A stretch of 13,599 nt of DNA. It comes from a bacterium (GTDB taxonomy: Bacteria; Sysuimicrobiota; Sysuimicrobiia; Sysuimicrobiales; Kaftiobacteriaceae). Under the pieces are notes generated by a model. That model had not been told where the DNA came from, ran no database searches, and saw only the letters and a list, made by a program, of their open reading frames with translations. The translations under genes were made by a program, and so were the position numbers. This document shows positions 1-7,456 of the stretch, in pieces (within the stretch, counting starts at the first letter, position 1; the number at the start of each line of letters is the position of its first letter). The DNA is taken from assembly GCA_044868695.1 (NCBI GenBank), contig JBIOWP010000160.1, forward strand, positions 1 to 13,599. The letters run 5' to 3'.

Positions 1-317
1 GCGTGGATCTCGTCCACAATAACGGCTTGCGCCGTCCGGAGGAAGTCGCGGCTGCGCTGGGCCGTGAGCAGAATGTACAGCGATTCAGGAGTGGTGATGA
101 GGATATGCGGGGGCCGGCGGAGCATCAGGTTACGTTCGCGCGCCGGCGTGTCGCCGGAACGGACCATCACGCGGATCTCCGGCAGTGGCGTCCCTGCCTG
201 CTCGGCCAGCGTGCGCATCGCCGCCAGCGGCTCCTGAAGGTTTTTCTGGATGTCGTTCCCCAGGGCTTTGAGCGGCGACACATAGATGACCGCGGTCTCA
301 TCCGCCAGAGCGCCGCG
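1..317 (-). other. lhr: Partial inverted fragment of a second, diverged lhr helicase gene (motif Ia to motif II), running off the window edge
   Basis: The minus strand reads open: RGALADETAVIYVSPLKALGNDIQKNLQEPLAAMRTLAEQAGTPLPEIRVMVRSGDTPARERNLMLRRPPHILITTPESLYILLTAQRSRDFLRTAQAVIVDEIH. This has 7 aa differences in 105 codons from the + strand copy at 366-682. No start codon or Walker A precedes it. Confidence 0.93.
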
Positions 318-682
318 CTGGCCGCGTTCCTGTGGTCGATCAATCACCTGGTGGCCGCGGCGCGGCGCGGGGCGCTGGCGGATGAGACCGCGGTCATCTA
401 CGTCTCACCGCTGAAAGCCCTGGGCAACGACATCCAGAAAAATCTGCAGGAGCCCCTGGCGGCGATCCGCGTCCTGGCCGAACAGGCCGGGACGCCGCTG
501 CCGGAGATCCGCGCCATGGTCCGGTCCGGCGACACACCGGCGCGCGAGCGGAACCTGATGGTCCGCCGGCCGCCGCACATCCTCATCACGACCCCGGAGT
601 CGTTATACATCCTGCTCACCGCGGAACGCAGCCGGGAGTTCCTCCGGACCGCACGTGCCGTCATCGTGGATGAGATCCATGC
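1..682. repeat. Long imperfect inverted repeat: arms 1-317 and 366-682, 48-nt spacer
   Basis: Manual codon-by-codon alignment gave about 47 mismatches in 317 nt and no indels. The longest exact match noted is 26 nt (ctggcggatgagaccgcggtcatcta). The left arm is cut by the window edge. Confidence 0.95.
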
Positions 683-3600
683 GGTGGCCGGCGACAAGCG
701 GGGCAGCCACCTGGCTGTCTCGCTGGAGCGGCTCGACCTGCTCGCCGGACGCCGGCTGCAGCGGATCGGGCTCAGCGCCACGGTGAAGCCGATCGAAGAG
801 ATCGCGCAGCTGTTGATCGGCGGGGGCCGGACGACGCCGGACGAGCGACCTGACTGTGCGATCGTCGATGTCGGGCACCGCCGGGCGTGGGAGCTGCGGG
901 TGGACGTGCCCGGCCAGCCGCTCAGCCATGTGGCCTCGCACGAGATGTGGGCGGAGATCTACGATCGCATCGCCGCGCTGGCCCGGGAGCACCGCACCAC
1001 GCTCGTGTTCGTCAACACCAGGCGGCTGGCGGAGCGGGTCACCCACCAGCTGACCCAGCGGCTCGGCGAGGGCAAGGTGGCGCCGCACCACGGCAGCCTC
1101 TCCCGGCAGATCAGGCTGGACGCCGAACGCCGGCTGAAGTCCGGAGAGCTGTCGGTCGTTGTGGCGACGGCGTCGCTGGAGCTGGGCATCGACATCGGCC
1201 ATGTGGATCTGGTCTGCCACCTCGGCGCCCCGCGGGCCCTCGCGACGCTGCTGCAGCGGGTCGGCCGCTCCGGGCACTGGTTGGGCAGCGTGCCCAAGGG
1301 CGTCTTGTTCCCGCTGACCCGCGATGAGCTGGTCCAGTGCGCGGCCGCCGTGCGGGCCGCACGGGCAGGGGAGCTCGACCGGATCATCCTGCCCCGCAAA
1401 CCGTTAGACGTCCTGGCCCAGCAGATCGTGGCCACCGCCGCCAGCGAGGAGATCCGCGAAGACGATCTCTGGGCCCTGCTCAAGCGCACGCTGTCCTATC
1501 AGGATCTCACGCGGGACGAGTTCGAGCAGGTACTCGTGATGCTGTCCGAGGGCATCAGCCACCGCCGCGGCCGGGCCGGCGCATTTCTTCACCGCGACCA
1601 GGTGCACGGCGTGCTACGCGGCCGCCGCGGGGCGCGCCTGGCCGCCATCACCTCCGGGGGCGCGATTCCCGACACCGCCGACTACGACGTCATCGAGGAG
1701 CCGCAGGGCACATTCGTCGGGAAGGTCAACGAGGACTTTGCGATTGAGAGTCAGGGCGGGGACATCTTCTTGCTGGGCAATACTTCCTGGCGCATCCGGC
1801 GCGTGGAAGCCGGGAAGGTCCGCGTGGAGAACGCGCACGGGGCGCCGCCCTCCGTTCCCTTCTGGCTCGGGGAAGCGCCGGCCCGCACCGCCGAGCTGTC
1901 TGCGGCGGTGTCCGCGCTCCGCCAGGAGGTCGCGGACCGGCGGGGGGATCGCGAAGGAGCCCTCCAGTGGTTGGTCGCGGAAGCCGGCGTGGATCAGCCG
2001 GGGGCCGAGCAGATCGTCGCCTATGTGACCGAGACGGCGGCGGTCCTGGGGTGCGTACCGACCCAGCGCACGATTGTCGCCGAACGGTTCTTCGATGAAG
2101 CCGGCGGGATGCAGTTGGTGCTGCACACGCCGTTCGGCGGCCGGATCAACCGGGCGTGGGGACTGGCCATCCGCAAGCGTTTCTGCCTGACGTTCGACTT
2201 TGAACTGCAGGCGGCGGCCACCGACGACGGGATCGTGCTCTCCCTGGGTGAGCAGCACAGTTTTCCACTGGACGGTGTCTTCTCGTTTGTGCGGACCGCA
2301 ACGGCGAAGGACGATCTCGTCCAGGCCCTCCTGGCATCGCCGATGTTCACGAACCGGTGGCGGTGGAATGCGAACCGTGCCCTGGCCATCCTGCGGTACG
2401 GGGGCGGGCGGCGCGTCCCGATGCCGATCCAGCGCATGCGGGCCGAGGACCTGATGGCGGCGGTATTTCCCGAGCAGGTGGCCTGCCAGGATAACCGGTC
2501 GGGCCCCGTGACCCCGCCCGACCATCCGCTGGTCAATGAGACGATCAGCAACTGCCTGCACGAGGCGATGGATCTGGACGGGCTGCTGGAAATCGTGGGA
2601 CGAATGGAGCGGGGCGAGCTGCGCACGGTCGCCGTCGAGACGCCCAGTCCGTCGGCGATGTCCCATGAGATCCTCAACGCGAACCCGTTTGCCTTCCTGG
2701 ATGACGCGCCCCTGGAGGAACGCCGCGCGCGCGCCGTGAGCCTGCGCCGCACGGATCCGGATCTCGCCGCCGGGATCGGCGCGCTGGACGAGGCGGCCAT
2801 CGAAGAGGTCCGCCTGCAGGCGCAGCCGGACGTGCGGGACGCCGACGACCTGCACGATCACTTGTTGTCGGTGGGCCTGCTGCCCGAGGCCGCGGACGAA
2901 CCCTGGGCCCCATTCGCCGGGAGCCTTCTGGCATCCGGCCGCGCCACGACCGCCCGGTGGCGTGATGACACGGGTTGGGAGCACTGCGCGTATGTGGCGG
3001 CCGAACGACTCGCGCTCGTCCGCGCCGCCCTCCCCGACGTCCAGTTCGTTCCGGAAATTGTGCTGGCGCTTCCGCGGGCGGGGCACACTGCTCTGACGCA
3101 GGACGACGCGATTAGGCTCATCGTGCTGGGCTGGTTGCAGGTAAGCGGTCCGGTGACCGCTGCGGCCCTGTCCGCACGGCTCGGTCTGCGGCGGGCCGAC
3201 GTGGACATCGCGCTGGCGGCGCTGGAGGGTATGGGGACGGTGCTGCGCGGCCGGTTCACGCCAGGCGCGGCTGAGGAAGAGTGGTGCGAGCGCAGGTTGC
3301 TGGCGAGGATCCACCGGCTGACGCTGGGCCGGCTCCGCCGCGAGATTGAAGCGGTTTCCGCCGCCGACTTCATGCGCTTCCTGTTCCGCTGGCAGCACGT
3401 GCAACCCGGGACGCAACTGCACGGGCGGGACGGCGTGGTCCAGATCATCGGCCAGCTGCAGGCTGTAGAGCTGCCGGCGCCCTCGTGGGAGGAGCACGTG
3501 CTCCCCGCGCGCATTCGCCTCTACGATCCCGCCGACCTGGAGTACCTGTGTCTGTCCGGGACGGTGACCTGGGGCCGGCTCAGCGCCAACGGGGCCGCCG

Positions 3601-4481
3601 CGGATGAGGAGCCCCCGGCGGGGAAGCGAAGCCGGAGACGATCTGGTCCCGGCCGCAACTCACCGATCGCGTTTGTGCTGCGTGAGGACCTGCCGGTCTT
3701 CCTTAAAGATCGCCGGAATCTGGAAGAGGTGCTGGCGCGACTCTCGCCGGCAGCCGGAGACATCGCCCGTTATCTCCGGCAGCGGGGCGCTTCGTTCCTG
3801 TTCGACATCGTCAAGGGCACGCGGCGTCTGGCCGCCGAGGTCGAGGACGCGCTGTGGGAACTGGTAGCGCACGGGGCGGTGACCGGCGACGGCGTGGCCG
3901 GGCTGCGGCAGCTGCTGCACGGCGGCCCGCGCCACCGCGGCCGGCTGCGGTTCCGGGCCTACGGCGGGCTGCGTCCTGCACCGGGCGCGGGGCTGCGGAC
4001 GCACGGCCGATCGCTCCCGGTCGGACGCTGGTCGTTGTGGCATGAGGCCGGCGACGTGGACGCACGCAGCCGCGAAGAGGCCGTCGCCCGCCAGCTGCTC
4101 CGCCGGTACGGCGTGGTCTTCCGCGATCTGCTGGCCCGCGAAACGCTGGCGCCGCCGTGGCGCGCGCTGCTGGAGGTCTACCGCAGGTGGGAAGCTCAGG
4201 GGGAGATCCGCGGCGGCCGCTTTGTCGCGGGGTTCGTCGGCGAACAGTTCGCGCTGCCGGAGGCGGTCGAGACGCTGCGGGGCGTGCGCCGCGCCGCGGG
4301 AGAGGACGAGGTGATTGCGGTCTCCGCCGCCGATCCGCTGAATCTCGTTGGGATCATCCTGCCGGGTGGGAAGGTGTCGCCGGTGTCAGGGATGGCGATC
4401 GCCTACCGGAGCGGGGTGCCGTTCGACGTGGCGCCGGTGGGCGCGCTGCGCGCACGGCTCCAACGGACGGGCACCAGGTGA
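318..4481 (+). CDS. lhr: Lhr-family ATP-dependent DEAD/DEAH-box helicase, long form with C-terminal winged-helix/AlkZ-like region; 5'-truncated in this sequence
   Basis: Motifs: LAAFL (tail of GSGKTLAAFL), YVSPLKALGND (Ia), ITTPESL (Ib), DEIH (II), GLSAT (III), VFVNTR (IV), HHGSLS, ATASLELGIDIG (V), QRVGRSGH (VI), GGAIPD, VPFWLGE, and C-terminal RRYGVVFR, GGRFV and AADPLNL. Stop TGA at 4479-4481. The track ORF 3..4481 includes ~105 spurious N-terminal residues from the inverted arm. Confidence 0.93.
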   Translation: MAAFLWSINHLVAAARRGALADETAVIYVSPLKALGNDIQKNLQEPLAAIRVLAEQAGTPLPEIRAMVRSGDTPARERNLMVRRPPHILITTPESLYILLTAERSREFLRTARAVIVDEIHAVAGDKRGSHLAVSLERLDLLAGRRLQRIGLSATVKPIEEIAQLLIGGGRTTPDERPDCAIVDVGHRRAWELRVDVPGQPLSHVASHEMWAEIYDRIAALAREHRTTLVFVNTRRLAERVTHQLTQRLGEGKVAPHHGSLSRQIRLDAERRLKSGELSVVVATASLELGIDIGHVDLVCHLGAPRALATLLQRVGRSGHWLGSVPKGVLFPLTRDELVQCAAAVRAARAGELDRIILPRKPLDVLAQQIVATAASEEIREDDLWALLKRTLSYQDLTRDEFEQVLVMLSEGISHRRGRAGAFLHRDQVHGVLRGRRGARLAAITSGGAIPDTADYDVIEEPQGTFVGKVNEDFAIESQGGDIFLLGNTSWRIRRVEAGKVRVENAHGAPPSVPFWLGEAPARTAELSAAVSALRQEVADRRGDREGALQWLVAEAGVDQPGAEQIVAYVTETAAVLGCVPTQRTIVAERFFDEAGGMQLVLHTPFGGRINRAWGLAIRKRFCLTFDFELQAAATDDGIVLSLGEQHSFPLDGVFSFVRTATAKDDLVQALLASPMFTNRWRWNANRALAILRYGGGRRVPMPIQRMRAEDLMAAVFPEQVACQDNRSGPVTPPDHPLVNETISNCLHEAMDLDGLLEIVGRMERGELRTVAVETPSPSAMSHEILNANPFAFLDDAPLEERRARAVSLRRTDPDLAAGIGALDEAAIEEVRLQAQPDVRDADDLHDHLLSVGLLPEAADEPWAPFAGSLLASGRATTARWRDDTGWEHCAYVAAERLALVRAALPDVQFVPEIVLALPRAGHTALTQDDAIRLIVLGWLQVSGPVTAAALSARLGLRRADVDIALAALEGMGTVLRGRFTPGAAEEEWCERRLLARIHRLTLGRLRREIEAVSAADFMRFLFRWQHVQPGTQLHGRDGVVQIIGQLQAVELPAPSWEEHVLPARIRLYDPADLEYLCLSGTVTWGRLSANGAAADEEPPAGKRSRRRSGPGRNSPIAFVLREDLPVFLKDRRNLEEVLARLSPAAGDIARYLRQRGASFLFDIVKGTRRLAAEVEDALWELVAHGAVTGDGVAGLRQLLHGGPRHRGRLRFRAYGGLRPAPGAGLRTHGRSLPVGRWSLWHEAGDVDARSREEAVARQLLRRYGVVFRDLLARETLAPPWRALLEVYRRWEAQGEIRGGRFVAGFVGEQFALPEAVETLRGVRRAAGEDEVIAVSAADPLNLVGIILPGGKVSPVSGMAIAYRSGVPFDVAPVGALRARLQRTGTR

Positions 4482-4522
4482 GCGGAGGACTCCTTATCTG
4501 ATGGGTCGAAGGTTCGCCCGAG

Positions 4523-5275
4523 ATGAACGAGACCGTGGTGCCGACCGCGCCGATCACCTCGGTGCCGCCCTTTTCGGAGTTTACCGAACCGGAGCTGGCG
4601 AGGCTGCTGCCGCGCGTGCAGCGGCGCGCCTACCGCACTGAGGAAACGCTCTTCCGGGAAGGCGACCCGCCCTCGTTTGTCTATTACGTCCAGAGCGGCG
4701 AGATCAACCTCACGTTGACCTCTCAGGAACGGCGCATCACTGTCGGAAAGTTCGCCTCCGGACGGCTATTGGGGATTCAGACCATTTTTGACGACGGCCC
4801 ACACTTTCTCTCCGCGACGGCCCTGTCGCCAACGACGGTGCTGGCTGTTCCTCGTGTCGACCTGATCGAGATCCTGCGCCGGCATCCCGATGCGGTGCTC
4901 AAGATGGCCGCGATCTTCGCGCGCCAGATCCGTGCCGTCGCAATGCTGGTGGCGGAGATGCAGTTCCTCGACCTGCCGGTCCGCCTGGCGAAGCGGATCC
5001 TCGAGCTCGCAGAAGAAGGCGGCGCTGCCCACGGTAAACCCGGAGGCCTGGCGGTCCGTGTCACACAGAAGGAGTTGTCGGAACTGGCAGGCGCGACGCG
5101 CGGCGGTGTGAACCGGGCGCTCAAGCGGCTGGAGCAGCTCGGCGTGATTCGCGTCAGCCGTGGCTCAATTATCGTGGCCGCCCCCGACCGCTTGCGCCGG
5201 CTGGCGCAGCAGGAGGCCCTGCCCATGATTCTTGGAATCTCACAGCCCGCGAAGGACGAGGTTTTGTCTCCGTAA
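4523..5275 (+). CDS. Crp/Fnr-family transcriptional regulator (cNMP-binding-like domain plus HTH)
   Basis: LFREGDP...YYVQSGEI cNMP-domain pattern, LDLPVRLAKRIL C-helix/hinge, and HTH TQKELSELAGATRGGVNRALKRL. No cysteines, so not an Fe-S FNR. Start is uncertain because the SD is weak. Confidence 0.92.
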   Translation: MNETVVPTAPITSVPPFSEFTEPELARLLPRVQRRAYRTEETLFREGDPPSFVYYVQSGEINLTLTSQERRITVGKFASGRLLGIQTIFDDGPHFLSATALSPTTVLAVPRVDLIEILRRHPDAVLKMAAIFARQIRAVAMLVAEMQFLDLPVRLAKRILELAEEGGAAHGKPGGLAVRVTQKELSELAGATRGGVNRALKRLEQLGVIRVSRGSIIVAAPDRLRRLAQQEALPMILGISQPAKDEVLSP

Positions 5276-5423
5276 CCGAACGTTAGTTCGTCAATGATTT
5301 ACCGCTTTCAGCCTCCGTAGTTATCCTGATTACTTATCCGAAAGGAACATGATGACATAGGCATTGCATGGTACGGTCGCGCGTCCGGTCCGGGCGATTT
5401 GCCGTGCTCGTCTCCAACCCCCT

Positions 5424-5458
5424 AGGGGGTGGGTTTCGTGCCCACCCCCTCTTTTTTT
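5424..5458 (+). terminator. Rho-independent terminator (end of the lhr-crp transcript, or an attenuator for the downstream genes)
   Basis: Perfect 10-bp stem agggggtggg (5424-5433) / cccaccccct (5441-5450), loop tttcgtg, then c and T7 (5452-5458). Confidence 0.85.
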
Positions 5459-5495
5459 GTCCGGAAACCAGCCAGCGTAAATGAGGAGGCCGATC

Positions 5496-7328
5496 ATGAG
5501 GAAGGCGCTCATCGCGGGCATCCTTGCGGGTTTGATGCTCACCATGCTGGTCAACTCCGGGCGAGCCGATCACGTGCCGACCGGCGTCACATCTCCGCAG
5601 GGGTTTCCCACCGACGTTCCTTATCCCGCGAACGGCTCGAGCGGCCAGTGGCGGTTCGTGGCCAACTTCCCGATGGGGCCGGGCACGATGCAGCCGCTGG
5701 GCACCGACGTGGAGAGGTTCGTCCGGAACGGAAAGGTTCACGTCATCGTCGGATCCATAACGCTGGGCTTTCGGATCTTCAGGTACGACAGCTTTTCGCT
5801 GATATCGGGCCCGGTCCCGGTCTCTGACTACGCCTCGGCGTTCGGCTGCCCGAACGCCACGCCGGAGGCCCTGATCCAGAACAAGGTGGAGGGAGACGAA
5901 GATCTCTCCGACGCCATCGGCGCGGTCTCGGGGTGGCAGGACGATGTCCAGGTCAACGCCGACGGCACGCTGGTGAGCATCGCGACCGACGCAGATGGAC
6001 GCTGCCACGATCCGGCGGGCGGCGGAGTGGAACTCGTCGACATCTCCAGCCTCGCGACCCCCAGGCTCTTTCATCTGGTCCGAAGCTTCGGGGAGGCCCA
6101 CAACAACCCGATTGACAAGCGGCGGGGGTTGATCTTCATTTCGTCGTCAGACACCCAGCTCAATGCCATTGACATCATCGACTTTCGTTCCTGCGTCCCG
6201 CCGGCGGGCGATCCAGCTCGCTTCGCAGGCTGCCGCCCGGCCGTCGCCCGCTTCCAGTTCCCGGTCCCGCACACGCTCGCCGGGCAGACGGTAGACGTGC
6301 CCGCCGCCTTCACGGACGCACGCTTCCCTGAAGGGTTGACCGCGGGCGCTTTTGACAAAGGCAATAACGGGTGCCACGACATCACCATCCAGGGCAACTT
6401 CTTGTACTGCGCCGCGATCAACGCGACGGTCATCTTCGACATCTCGGGTGTGACCCAGCGGAACATCAGCCCGGCGACCCGGAAGGACGGCGTCAACTGC
6501 GTCAGCCTGACCGATCCCGCCTGCCGGCTAACGGGCACGCACCTGACCAGCCAGCAGATGATCGACCAGGATCGCGATCCCAGCGCCGCCGGCCTGCCAC
6601 CTGCCTGCCCGGTCGTGGACGGCGATCCTGCGCTGGGCCGCCCGCAGTCCGTGACCAATTGTGAACAGTGGGCGCGGCCGACATCCGGCACACAGGAGTT
6701 CCGCTACGAGAACGACGACTTCATGCGGGCCAACCTGCGCCAGGCGAACGTCAAGATCGTCTCGGTGATCCAGCACGGTGGGACGACCACGCCGAGGGGT
6801 CCCACCGAGGACATTTCCATCTCGCACGAGGCCGACCCCACCGAAGATGGCAAAATCCTCATCGTCACCGATGAGCGCGGCGGCGGCCTGACCAACGTCT
6901 GCGATGGCGCGCCACCGGACGGCGGCGGAGGAGCTTGGTTCTACGACATCCGCGACAAGGCCCGGCCCAGACTATTGAAGCAGCCCGATGGGGCGAATGG
7001 CGTGTTCATCTCGCAGCGCACGCCGGTGCCGGGCAACTGCACCATCCATGTGATTGTTCAGGTTCCCGGGACCAACGTGATCGTTGCCGGCTGGTACATC
7101 GAGGGAACGCATGTCTTCGCGTTCGACCCCGATCTGGGGAAAGGCCTCGTCCAGTTTGCCGAGCTCGGACACTACGTGCCCGGCAGTTTCTCGCTGCCCA
7201 ACACCTGGACATCTTACCCCGTCTCGCTTGAAGACAACGTGCTCTTCATTCAGACGGGAGACATGACCAGGGGGACAGACGTGCTCGCCTTCACGGTCCC
7301 ATCGGAATTTCTCCCTCGCCGCCGGTGA
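5496..7328 (+). CDS. Secreted LVIVD-repeat-like beta-propeller protein with conserved His motifs, function unknown (610 aa)
   Basis: SD gaggagg at 5483-5489 favours ATG 5496 over 5481. Signal peptide MRKALIAGILAGLMLTMLVNSGRA|D. Blade-type motifs GGVELVDISS, IDIIDFR, TVIFDISG and AWFYDIRD. Motifs EAHN, GCHDIT, ISHEADPTEDGKILIVTDERGGG, CTIHV and GWYIEGT resemble LVIVD-type secreted proteins. 12 Cys. Confidence 0.75.
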   Translation: MRKALIAGILAGLMLTMLVNSGRADHVPTGVTSPQGFPTDVPYPANGSSGQWRFVANFPMGPGTMQPLGTDVERFVRNGKVHVIVGSITLGFRIFRYDSFSLISGPVPVSDYASAFGCPNATPEALIQNKVEGDEDLSDAIGAVSGWQDDVQVNADGTLVSIATDADGRCHDPAGGGVELVDISSLATPRLFHLVRSFGEAHNNPIDKRRGLIFISSSDTQLNAIDIIDFRSCVPPAGDPARFAGCRPAVARFQFPVPHTLAGQTVDVPAAFTDARFPEGLTAGAFDKGNNGCHDITIQGNFLYCAAINATVIFDISGVTQRNISPATRKDGVNCVSLTDPACRLTGTHLTSQQMIDQDRDPSAAGLPPACPVVDGDPALGRPQSVTNCEQWARPTSGTQEFRYENDDFMRANLRQANVKIVSVIQHGGTTTPRGPTEDISISHEADPTEDGKILIVTDERGGGLTNVCDGAPPDGGGGAWFYDIRDKARPRLLKQPDGANGVFISQRTPVPGNCTIHVIVQVPGTNVIVAGWYIEGTHVFAFDPDLGKGLVQFAELGHYVPGSFSLPNTWTSYPVSLEDNVLFIQTGDMTRGTDVLAFTVPSEFLPRRR

Positions 7329-7456
7329 CGGCTTCATCGAGAGAATGGCATCAACGAAGGATCCCCATGGAGCACGGTGGGAGGTGGGAACCAACGCGTT
7401 GTTCGGCCACGGCGCGGATGTCCTCGCCGCCGTGACACGATAAGGAGGGGTCAAAC

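Noticed and set aside
3..317. Novel N-terminal domain on Lhr
   Set aside because: It is the antisense reading of the inverted lhr fragment.
1614..3497. 627-aa minus-strand ORF inside lhr (similar cases at 7559-8647 and 11609-13378)
   Set aside because: Antisense shadow frames expected from high GC3 codon bias. They have no recognisable motifs and overlap well-supported genes.
5353..5368. Sigma54-like TGACATA-GGCA-TTGCA upstream of the secreted genes
   Set aside because: The spacing and -12 element fit, but the near-invariant -24 GG is GA. Too weak to call.
5344..5420. Call as a c-di-GMP-I or c-di-GMP-II riboswitch
   Set aside because: Only a GAAA tetraloop and a GGAACAUGAUGA resemblance. 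The GCAAA/GACGCAAA core, tetraloop receptor, pseudoknot and kink-turn were not found. Kept only as an unknown-leader candidate.
7332..7400. SAM-I-like start (ttcatcgagag)
   Set aside because: It lacks the GGAGGGA-UGGCCC, GCAACC and GUGC core and the closing GAUGAG/GAUAAG.
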